In this document: in pieces, positions 12,874 to 22,879 of the stretch
How positions within the stretch are numbered: position 1 is the first letter of the stretch
How the letters are laid out: each line of letters opens with the position of its first letter
Origin: Podarcis muralis
Taxonomy: Eukaryota
Direction of reading: 5' to 3'
DNA: 64,000 nucleotides
Assembly: GCF_964188315.1 (NCBI RefSeq)
Contig: NC_135658.1
Location: forward strand, 41,850,001 to 41,914,000
The notes under the pieces: generated by a model
Databases searched by the model: none
Seen by the model: only the letters and a program-made list of their open reading frames with translations
What the model was told of the DNA's origin: nothing
Made by a program: the position numbers and the translations under genes

Positions 12874-13301
12874 TATGCACAGACTACTATTATTTTATTA
12901 ATTGTTTTACTGATTGTTCTGCAAACCACTTTGTGATCATCTGTGGTCTATTAATACTGGAAAGAACTAATGCTTCTTGCTTGCCTGGATGGAGGAATGT
13001 GGGCGTGGATGTAGAAAGCTCTGTTTTTTGTGCAGCTGGAAGGCAACCTATTGTACAAAGGTCACATTGATTGCCCTGCGTACCTATGTCCTAAGGGGAT
13101 GCAGCCTTTGGGTTGGAAAACGTTTCTCCAACCCTGTCCTAGAGCAGGCGAAAAAGCGCGTTTCTTACAGAAGGCAGATACAGATGTGGAATGCAGATGT
13201 GTGCGATATCTTAGTAGGGCGTCCTAACTTATGCATACTGGCTTTCCAGTCAAAGTGACAAAGATAACAGTCGACCTTCTGACCTCTCTTTCTCTTTTTA
13301 G

Positions 13302-13456
13302 TTGTGGCAGCTGCTCACGCCCTCTCCGTAAACACACCTCAGAAGCAAGTGCAAGTGAAGAAAGGAGATAATATCACCCTACCGTGTACCTATGAAAGCT
13401 CTGTTGTTACTCCAGCTAAGGGGGACATTGTTGCCTGGATGAAAATGCCAGAAGAG
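13302..13456 (+). CDS. GPA33: GPA33 exon 2 (Ig V-set first half: VVAAAHALSVNTPQ...ITLPCTY...IVAWMKMPEE)
   Basis: Polypyrimidine TTTTTAG acceptor, GAG|GTGGGC donor, 155 nt; B-strand Cys and C-strand Trp. Confidence 0.93.
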
Positions 13457-14515
13457 GTGGGCAGCCATGGTGCAAGGCATATGATACGCATGAGTGTCTG
13501 GGAGAAAATGGCACTCTGTTAAGAAACAGGTGCGCCAAGACACCAGAGGAGCCTCTTTGACCTCTGTCAGTGAGCAGCCTTTCAAGGGTTCCTTTGGTCT
13601 TGGCTGCAAGAGGATGGGGCCAGATGGTAGCCTGAATTTTGTTTTAATTCCAGATCTTTAGTCTTGTGGCACATAACATCAGGCTGTCACTTTGGCTTTG
13701 ATCCAGCACTTGACAGAGGCCGCCAATCATGCATAGCAACTGGTGGCTCCAGATGGGGGCACATATCCCCTAGGGCCTATCCAGTTCAATTCAATGTGAG
13801 CAGGATGAGCAGTACTGGTTCAGATGGTTCAAAAGCAAGTCTGCCTGTGTTCAGCGGAGTTAACTCCCAACTAAATGTCCAGTACCCCAGGTCTGTGCAT
13901 GACTACATGGAGGCAAGTCCCATTGAATAACAATATTGTGCACTGGGAGCATTGCCTACTAATGTTTAAGGCTCCAAAGGAAAGGATTTGGTTTGACTGA
14001 TTGTTTGGAGGCAATGCAGCAGATTGACTTGGCCCCTAAAACAACTTTAAGCTCATGGAATATAAGTTTCTGATCATATCTTCCCTGCTGCTGCCAACCA
14101 TGTACATAAAATGTATTTCTTGAGGGTTGAGAGGTAGGGATGGAAAGACCTGTCAATTTCAGTTTGCTCACTTTCTCATTTTTTTCTGCCTTAAATTCAG
14201 CTCTCCAAATTTTTCCAGCAGTTTGTGTTTGCTTTGTTCATGAAAATTCATCATCATGAACATATATTTGTAATGCAGCTCTTGACTAATGTACACACTT
14301 AAAAGTGATTTCTTCCCCTACTATAATGCATTTTTTGATATATGTTTTTACTACTGAACTGCCTCAGCAATGAGACAATTCAGGAGACAGGGATAGGTTG
14401 GGTCTCCTTGTGTTTTGTTTGTTCATTTCGTGGTTAAAAATACTATAGTGACAAACAAAAGATTTGAGCCACAGTAATTAAGTCTTTTAAACTGATACTC
14501 TTCTCTTATTGTTAG

Positions 14516-14729
14516 GCAGAATTTATTAACCGGTACCTTGATGATGGTGGAACATGGATTAGTGATGCTTATAAAGGTCGGGTGAACTTCTCTAGCAATA
14601 CAAATAATCATGACATTGGCATCATCCTCAGTCAGGTGACCTTGAATGACAATGGTACCTATGAATGCTCAGTCCGTCTTCGCGATGATCCTCCCTTGAC
14701 ACATTCAACAATGGAACTTTTGGTCCTTG
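14516..14729 (+). CDS. GPA33: GPA33 exon 3 (Ig V-set second half: YKGRVNFS...DNGTYECSV...ELLVL)
   Basis: TTAG acceptor, G|GTAAGG donor, 214 nt; D-x-G-x-Y-x-C motif. Confidence 0.95.
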
Positions 14730-15124
14730 GTAAGGCATTCTGCCCTTTGTATACATACCAGTCTCACACCCTAGTTCAGTAGCAGCGCACAGCAAGCAGG
14801 AAGTGCTGCTTGCAATGATCAGGGCGTAATCGGATCGCTAAAACTGTGCTCCACTGCAACATAAGGCAGCCATGCACATTTGTTCTAGATGATGATATCA
14901 TGTAGTGTTTGTGCCACAGATCACTGGTCTTCAGCTGGTGGATCACGACCCACTAGTGGACTGTAGCCTAATCTAAGGTGAGTCATGATAGGAGCACTGC
15001 CACCATGCAAATATATGGTAAAAGATTAAGAAATGGGTCCCCAAATGCATGTTCAGGTTAAAAATGGATCCTGGGTCTGAAAAGGTTGAAGATACCTGCC
15101 ATAGATGATCTTAGACTTGGTACT

Positions 15125-15262
15125 CATGGCTTTTCCTCCCACCCGGAACTCACCAGAACTCAGTTCCGGCACCTCTCAGGAGGGCGCCATTGCTATTGTA
15201 AGGGAAAAAGGGAGGCATTCATGGTGAGTTCTGGCACCTCTTTTTCTATAAAAATAACACTG
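15125..15262. mobile_element. hAT MITE, same family as 8679-8806
   Basis: Shared core GGGAGGCATTCATGGTGAGTT; degenerate TSD TTGGTACT/TCGGTATT. Confidence 0.7.
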
Positions 15263-15275
15263 TCGGTATTCATTA

Positions 15276-15513
15276 CAGTGGAACCTCAGTTTTTGATTGT
15301 CTCGGAAGCTGAACGTTTCAGCTTTTGAACGTCAAAAACCTGAAAGTAACTGCTTTGGTTTTCGAATTAATGTATTTTTGGAAGCCGAACATGCCACACG
15401 GCTTCCGTTTTGAGTTTCCCTTTTGTATTGAGGCTTCCATATTGCGTTTCAGATGTTTCAGAAGTCGATCAGTCTTCTGGAACGGATTACATTCAAAAAT
15501 TGAGGTTCCACTG
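15276..15513. mobile_element. Tc1-mariner/pogo-type MITE
   Basis: TIR CAGTGGAACCTCA/TGAGGTTCCACTG with TA TSD. Confidence 0.82.
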
Positions 15514-16055
15514 TACTAATGGAAAGAATGGTGAAGACAACCATATATTTTAACCAAGTTTTCACTCAATGGGAATATGAAGAAGTGAGGAAGGTTGGAA
15601 GTTGTTCTATAGCAGATAACACTACCCACGTGTTCTGACAGCAGTTCTCCAGAAATTCAGATGTCTAATTTCATCTTGTTGCAAACTGACCCATGATCAT
15701 TGGATGAAGGGCACTGTATAAATTCACTAAATAATAATTTTAATATTTCCCATGACTTGCTATTGATCCTTAAATTGGAGTAGTTGAGGTATGAACTTGA
15801 TACCTTCTGCAGTGCACGTGCACTTCTGCTAAGCTGTTGCCCCCACCCAGTCAGTTTATGTGCCTAAAGAAAATTGTGAAGATGTGCAGATTTTGGAATA
15901 AAACTGTAATGGGTCAGTGTTGTTTGTGAAGGTCAGCATGCATTACTGCTGGTGATGGGATCTGAAGACAGAACATGTTTTAGGCTCTCCTCAACACAAC
16001 AGCTTCCATTCTTATGTTGCTGAATTTGCTCAAGTTATTCTTTCCTCCTATCTAG

Positions 16056-16220
16056 TGGCTCCATCCAAGCCAGACTGCAAAATTATAGGGACCACAGAAT
16101 TCGGACAAAACATTAACTTGACCTGCAATTCTATCGAAGGATTCCCCAAACCCGAATATTCCTGGCAAAGCTACAATCCAGAAAACAAACAACGAGCACT
16201 CGTAGGAACAGTAACGCCAG
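16056..16220 (+). CDS. GPA33: GPA33 exon 4 (Ig C2 first half: APSKPDC...INLTCNSIEGFPKPEYSW)
   Basis: CTAG acceptor, CAG|GTAAGC donor, 165 nt; typical CTX-family PSKP-C motif. Confidence 0.95.
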
Positions 16221-16964
16221 GTAAGCAGTGAGATGTTGGTACTTTGTGAAAATCGGTTTTCTGTATTCAGTTTTTAAATGCATGCAAATATTTTGAAGAT
16301 TATTAATGTAAAAAGAGGAATGAAAAACCATCATTTTAATTTAGTCCTTAAAGTGTTATCTAGCAAGCACAGTGTAGATGCGATCTTCCCTTGTCCATTC
16401 TAATGTTTTCCATCTCTCACTGGTTATCTCTGCCATTTTCTTCATGCCTGATTTCATTCAACGGCAGCAACCGTTTTAGGCACACCTGATATGTGTGAAC
16501 CCAGAATTGACTCAAAGACATCACAAAAAGGAGTGGAACATGGTGGGGGCGAAATGGGGGTAATTGCAGGCTTTTTCCATGGTGCTTCAAATATACACAA
16601 TTTCACTTAAAAGTGTGGTGCCTTGGAACGTAACCCCCACATAAATTGGGAGTTTACTGTAATAAATTCTGGATGCAACAAGGCAAAAGTGGCACTCTTG
16701 TGACTTTCATGCTAGCTCGATTGCAATGAATCCAGAATCATGCTCACTGCCTGGTTCTTCTCTCACAATGATTAAAATCATTACTTCGAAAACATACATT
16801 AGTTAATGTAGGGTGAACATAGACAATTGTTCACCATGAGGCCATTAACCACAGTGGGGCTTGTAATTAATGGGCAATCTAGTTGCTTCTCTCTCCTCCT
16901 CCTGCCAAGTGGTGGTAAGGAGGACTCTATCATGCTCTGGCCTCTCCAGTTCTCTGATGCACCT

Positions 16965-17372
16965 TGTCAGGGAACTGCCATCGGAGGAACAGGTGGTGGA
17001 GGGGCTCAGGGAGGCTGGGAGAGACTCAACAGCTGAAGCAGGAACCAGCCGGGGGAGGAGTGGATCTCTGAGGGAATGCGAGCAGGAGGGAGGGCTCAGA
17101 GACGCTTCCAGCGAGAACAGTGGGGAGATATCTGAAGCTCCCATAGGGAGACCCACGCCTCGCCGGAAACTGTCACGCCGTGAGTCCAGAAGACGTGTTT
17201 CCGTTAAGGAGCTTTTATGCTGGAAACGATTCCGAAAGCAACCACTGTCGGAATCTGCAAGTGACTAGAGCAGCCATGTCTGAGGGGCTCCGTCACAGAC
17301 AGAGGTTTGTGAACGTGCACAGACTCTGAGGGACTACGCTTTTACGCACAAGCAGCTCATCATCCCATCACA
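16965..17372 (+). repeat. 5' LTR (408 bp)
   Basis: Direct repeat of 21684-22091 with 2 substitutions. Confidence 0.98.
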
Positions 17373-17374
17373 GC

Positions 17375-17385
17375 ATTCCGACAGT
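17375..17385 (+). promoter_or_regulatory. Self-priming primer-binding site
   Basis: ATTCCGACAGT, 2 nt after the 5' LTR, is the exact reverse complement of LTR 17244-17254 ACTGTCGGAAT; no TGG tRNA-type PBS. Confidence 0.85.
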
Positions 17386-17417
17386 CTTTGTAAGCTGCTG
17401 GTGCAGGAAAAGGCATC

Positions 17418-18431
17418 ATGAGTGACCCAGCCGGAACCGGAGAAGCAGGGGTTGGAGCTGGTCCAAGCTTGGAAGAAAGGTACCGAGCGTTGGAGATCCA
17501 ACTGGCGCTGCAGACGGCGAGGCTTGAGGAGAGAAGGGCGCAGGATGCAGACAAGAAGGGGAAAACCACCCAGTTCACCAGAAAGGTACCAGGATTGGTG
17601 CAGAAGTTTGGGGGGGACCCCAAGGACTACCATGCCTTTAGAACAGAGATGCAATATGCTCTCAATGTGCAGTTTGAGGAATTCCCTGACGAGGAATCGC
17701 GAGTGGCTTTCATGATTGGGCATCTTGAAAAGGGGGCGCGGGACTGGGTTCGGCCCCTGATGGCAACGCATAATGACATCCTAAAGGACACAATGAAGTT
17801 CTTTCGTGCAATGGATCTCATGTTTTCCAGCGATATTGAGAAGGGAGTGGTGCGCAGACAGCTAATGGCTTGCAAGCAGGGAAGCCGATCTGTCCGTGAG
17901 TACTGGACTGAATTCACCATGCTGGTGCACAGATTGGGGTGGGACTTATCGGCGGAACCCATTCAAATGCTTTTTGAAGAAGGTCTTGCTTCGGCGGTGA
18001 AAGATGAGCTTTCCCGGGGGCCCAGGGCGGATTCTATGGATCAGCTAACCAAATCTGCGCTGACCATAGGAGCGCGCCAGGAGGCGAGAGCTTTGGAGAG
18101 GCGGGAAGGGAAGGGGGAACGTTGCAAGGAGTTCCGCATTCCAGACATTCCAGAGCCAGCTTTCCCGCCGGCAGAGCCGATGGAAATCGGAACAACGCGC
18201 GCGCGCGCAGTTTCAAAGCCCAGTGAAGGGGGGAAGAAGGAGGGAAAAGGCGCCCGGAAATGCTATCTCTGCCAACAGCCAGGTCACTTTGCCAGAGTAT
18301 GCCCCCAGAGGAAGGAATGGCAAGGGATGGTGGGGGCTGTGGAGGGAGGAGTGGAGGAAATACCGGAGCAAGTAAAAGCCAACGCCTGGCTGCCACCGTC
18401 GGGGCACAGCAGCCAGGCCAAAGAGCAGTGA
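17418..18431 (+). CDS. gag: Gag (337 aa) with CCHC zinc knuckle
   Basis: Retrotransposon capsid motif CKQGSRSVREY..EF; CYLCQQPGHFARVC; intact ORF. Confidence 0.93.
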   Translation: MSDPAGTGEAGVGAGPSLEERYRALEIQLALQTARLEERRAQDADKKGKTTQFTRKVPGLVQKFGGDPKDYHAFRTEMQYALNVQFEEFPDEESRVAFMIGHLEKGARDWVRPLMATHNDILKDTMKFFRAMDLMFSSDIEKGVVRRQLMACKQGSRSVREYWTEFTMLVHRLGWDLSAEPIQMLFEEGLASAVKDELSRGPRADSMDQLTKSALTIGARQEARALERREGKGERCKEFRIPDIPEPAFPPAEPMEIGTTRARAVSKPSEGGKKEGKGARKCYLCQQPGHFARVCPQRKEWQGMVGAVEGGVEEIPEQVKANAWLPPSGHSSQAKEQ

Positions 18432-20419
18432 AAGTGCCCACGCCAGAACCTCCTAAACCCGCCCTAGTGATAGAAGTGTCACTAGAGTTGCAAAACGGAT
18501 ACCCTCTAAAGATAAAGGCGCTGTTGGACTCAGGCAGCTCCTGCAATTTCATGAGCAAAGAGTTTGCAGCTGAACACCAGATACGGACGATCCCTTTAAG
18601 CAATCCCCTGCAGGTGACCACGATCGATGGCAGGGAACTGTTGGGAGGAGAAGTCAGCTTGCAGACCGTCCCAATGATAATGAAGGTGGCAAGGCACACA
18701 GAACTGATAGCGTTTAATGTGGCCACCTTGGGAGGGGCTCCCATTATTTTGGGGATGAGCTGGCTGGCGTTACATGATCCGCTGGTGGGCTGGCATCAGA
18801 GAGTGGTTTCCTTTGGCTCCGCACATTGCTTAGAACACTGCAAGGAGGGAAAGGGTTCAGCAGGAGCCCAAGCTACCCTAGCAGGGACGGAAGTAACGGA
18901 GAAAGTGAAGGTACCACGACAATATGCAGATCTCAGCGACGTGTTCAGCGAAAGGGAAGCTGACCAATTACCACCGCATAGACCCTTTGATTGTCAAATC
19001 AATTTACTGCCTGGGGCACAGCTCCCTGTAGGCAAGTTGTATGCCATGTCAGACAGAGAGATACAGGTGCTAAGAGAGTTTATTGACAAAAACCTGAAGA
19101 GAGGTTTCATCAGAGAGTCAAGAGCGGTGGGAGGTAGCCCAGTGTTTTTTGTGGATAAAAAAAACACGGACAAGCCGAGACTTGTGTGTGACTTTAGGGC
19201 CCTGAACGCAGTGTCAGAGCCCCTGGCTTTCCCCATGCCCAGGATTGATGACATTTTGAACAGGGTGCGGAAGGGAAAGATTTTTACAAAGCTGGACCTA
19301 AGGGGGGCGTACAACCTGATACGTATAAGGAAAGGGGATGAATGGAAAACCACCATGTTCACCCCTTTGGGGGCATTTGAATATCTCGTTATGCCATTTG
19401 GATTACAAGCAGGCTCGGCGTGCTTTCAATCGCTGATGAACCACGTACTAGGGCCTTTGCTTTACAAGAATTGTGTGGCCTTCCTAGATGACGTGTTGGT
19501 GTATTCTGAGAATGAGGAGCAACATGTAAGAGACATCAGAGAAGTGTTGAGCAGGCTGCTAGCCAACCGGCTGTGGGTGAAACTGGAGAAGTGTCAGTTT
19601 CATACCAAGGAGGTGGAGTTCCTGGGGTACCGCCTGTCAGACAAGGGATTGGCCATGGATCCCGGCAAGGTCCAGGCAGTGCTGGAATGGAAAACACCCA
19701 AAACAAGGAAGGATGTGCAGAGGTTCCTAGGGTTTGGGAACTTTTATCGTAAGTTCATCCGAAACTTTGCCCACCTGACGGCGCCCATTACGGACTGTCT
19801 CAGCAGTAAGAAGAAATTCGTTTGGACTGAGGAGGCGGAGCGAGCTTTTGAGGAGCTAAAAAGGGCCTTCGCCTCTGAAGAACAACTTCTGCATGTGGAT
19901 TTACAAAAAAAGATGAGAGTCGAAACGGACGCATCAGACAGAGCCATAGGGGCGGTGCTTCTTCTGCAGCCAGGGAAGGAGGAGTCAGAGTGGAGGCCGT
20001 GTGCTTTTTTCTCGCGAAAGCTGAACAAATCCGAGAGGAACTACACGGTGTACGATCGAGAACTTCTTGCTATTCATGAGGCTTTTCGGAGATGGAGGCA
20101 CCTGCTAATTGGCGCACAACATAAGGTGCAAGTGTGCACTGACCACAAGAACCTAGAGTATTGGAGAACGGCACGAGTGCTCAACCAACGGCAGTTGAGG
20201 TGGGCCCAGGAGTTCTCCAAATTTAACTTTGAGATTCATTACGTGCCAGGCCCAGAGAACGTTAGGGCGGACGCTCTCTCACGCAAACCTGAATATTTGG
20301 AGGGGGAGGGAGCACCCGAAGAAAGACATGTCATTCCAGAGGACCGCTGGGTGTGTGGGGCGGCATTGGTGGGGCGGCATTGGTGGGGCCAGAAAGACCA
20401 TGGGAAGCAGTGGCCATAG
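18260..20419 (+). pseudogene. pol: Pol N-terminal part (protease, RT, RNase H), -1 frame to gag, truncated by frameshift
   Basis: LLDSGS protease; MPFGL and FLDD RT; TDASD, RELLAI, TDHKNL, ADALSR RNase H. Real start is probably via frameshift near 18377; sequence after 20370 is out of frame. Confidence 0.92.
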
Positions 20420-21987
20420 ATTTTATGACTGATCTGCCAAGGTCCAGAGGGAAAACAGCCATCATGGTTGTGGTAGACCTGTTAACCAAAATGGCACACT
20501 TTATAGCCTGCTCACATGCTGTCACGGCAGAAGAAACAGCTAAATTGTTTGTAGAAAATGTGTTTAGGTTGCATGGCGCCCCCTTGAGGGTGGTTTCTGA
20601 CCGAGGGAAACAATTTACTTCCAGGTTCTGGAGGAAGCTCATGAGCTTACTGCAGGTAGAGGTTAATTTCTCGACTGCCCGGCATCCTGAGACCAATGGG
20701 CAGGCGGAAAGAGCCAATGGCATCCTCCAGCAATATTTGAGGTGTTATGTCAATGACAGAGAGAATGATTGGGTGGAGAAGTTGGCATTGGCGGAATTTG
20801 CCTACAACAATGCGGAGAACGTGTCCACGGGGATGAGCCCCTTTTTGGCTAATTACGGGTGCCATCCCAGGGCTTTCCCAGGGGGGGAAGGGGAGAGATG
20901 GAGCGTTCCAGCTGCCGAACAGTTCGTAGAAGAAATGGAAGCGATCCATCGCCAGCTCCAACTTAACTTAGACAGGGCCAAGGAGGAATATAAGAGGCAG
21001 GCAGACAAACACAGGAGAGAAGGTGAAACCATTAGGGCGGGGGACCAAGTGTGGCTGTCAACCCAAGGGTTACCCTTCAAAGGGGGTTGTAAAAAGTTAA
21101 GACCCAAAAGATTGGGCCCATTTGAAATCACACAACAGGTCAACCCAGTGGCTTTCAGACTCCGGTTACCGAACCACATGAAGCTGCACCCAGTTTTCCA
21201 CAGGTCATTGCTGTCACTGTATAAAGGGGACAGAGAAGGGAGGGTCACTCGGGGACCAGCAATGGAGGAAAGGGAACAAAGCTACCATGTAGCGGAGATC
21301 CTCGATTCCAGGTGGAAGGGAGATCAAGTAGAGTATTTGGTAATGTGGGAAGGGGAACCGGAGTCGGAAAACACCTGGGTCAGGGCAGAGGATGTCAATG
21401 ACGAGGTTTTAATAGAAACTTTTCATCAGAGGTTCCCACGCAAGCCTCAGCCTGTAGCGAGGTTCCGGAGGGAATACTTTGCCACCACCGACGAAGAAGA
21501 GGAGTTGGAGGGGTTCACAGAGTCCGAGGAGGAGGAGGATTCAGCGAGCCGGGACGGCGACCGATGGAGGGAAATGTTTGAGACGTCTGAAGATGAAGAA
21601 GATTCCTTTTGGGGTTTTACCTCCTCACCTCCCAGAGGAGAGGAAACGGGAGGGGGTGAAGGGGGCCCTGGAGGGGAGGTGGATGTCAGGGAACTGCCAT
21701 CGGAGGAACAGGTGGTGGAGGGGCTCAGGGAGGCTGGGAGAGACTCAACAGCTGAAGCAGGAACCAGCCGGGGGAGGAGTGGATCTCTGAGGGAATGCGA
21801 GCAGGAGGGAGGGCTCAGAGACGCTTCCAGCGAGAACAGTGGGGAGGTATCTGAAGCTCCCATAGGGAGACCCACGCCTCACCGGAAACTGTCACGCCGT
21901 GAGTCCAGAAGACGTGTTTCCGTTAAGGAGCTTTTATGCTGGAAACGATTCCGAAAGCAACCACTGTCGGAATCTGCAAGTGACTAG
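20385..21987 (+). pseudogene. pol: Pol C-terminal part (integrase core, GPF, chromodomain, acidic tail, LTR-encoded tail)
   Basis: PW..IDF, VVSDRG, NGQAERAN DDE core; RLGPF; YHVAEILD...YLVMW...NTW chromodomain; stop lies inside the 3' LTR. Confidence 0.92.
21670..21683 (+). promoter_or_regulatory. Polypurine tract
   Basis: GGAGGGGAGGTGGA directly before the 3' LTR. Confidence 0.85.
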
Positions 21988-22091
21988 AGCAGCCATGTCT
22001 GAGGGGCTCCGTCACAGACAGAGGTTTGTGAACGTGCACAGACTCTGAGGGACTACGCTTTTACGCACAAGCAGCTCATCATCCCATCACA
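21684..22091 (+). repeat. 3' LTR (408 bp)
   Basis: Direct repeat of 16965-17372; preceded by a polypurine tract. Confidence 0.98.
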
Positions 22092-22879
22092 CACCTGTTC
22101 CAAGCTCTCCCTTGTGGCACTGACACAACCAGGGTTCCTGTATAGCAATTAAGAGATCCAGACTTTTTAAGCCTACATGTGTCAGGCTGGGTACGTGGGA
22201 GGTTGCAGCACACTCATCTGTCTTGGAACAGATTATATCATTGTTGAAAGACAGGGCAACATTGCACTCTCCATATCTGTTTCCTTAATGTGAAACCACA
22301 AACATTTGTTTGCATTTGATGTTGAACAAACATAACCTGCTCCCGTTGGGATGCTGATTCCAGTGCCGATGTAGCGCTGGCTGAAGTGTCCAATGCCACT
22401 ACCCCATGAGATGCTGTGAGATCACTTGATGTTTATGCAGCCTAATGATGTCAGCAAGATACTTGCTACCCTCTGTTCCCCCTTGATCTCTGCCCCTCTT
22501 GGTTTATTCATCATCATCATAAACTTTATTGCACTAGCCAAAGGCCATGACATCATTCACAAAGGAAACAAAAAGAAAGTCAACAATAACCATAAAAGCC
22601 AAAAAAACACACCAGGCACTGTGAATACAAAGACCAACAATCACATCTCCTAGAAATTATTTGTTGCATATGATATAATAGCAGGGGGTTCTCAGGTAGA
22701 ATGCGCCAGCTTAAATGTCTGAATCACCTTTGCAGTTGACCACTATTTTATCTAGTTCTTTTCTCCTGATCTTCTTAGCTGCCAATGCATATGGTGCTAG
22801 TTTATAAGTTATGAAGTTCTTGATTTATTAAATGTAGCAGACTTGTTTGGTCGGGAACATGGTTAATGCTTCATTACTT

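Larger units (their letters stand above)
16965..22091 (+). mobile_element. Ty3/Gypsy chromovirus (sushi/Tf1-like) LTR retrotransposon, young but pol-defective, in GPA33 intron 4
   Basis: TG...CA LTRs; 5-bp TSD CACCT (16960-16964, 22092-22096); order gag-PR-RT-RH-IN-chromodomain. Confidence 0.98.

Noticed and set aside
16870-17268. 132-aa ORF as an independent gene
   Set aside because: It is the 5' LTR copy of the integrase tail frame, extended by chance into flanking intron
17373-17395. tRNA primer-binding site
   Set aside because: No TGG start; the sequence is instead complementary to the element's own LTR
18034-18744. 236-aa antisense ORF and other antisense ORFs within the Gypsy element
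   Set aside because: Shadow frames of GC-rich gag/pol with no recognisable motifs
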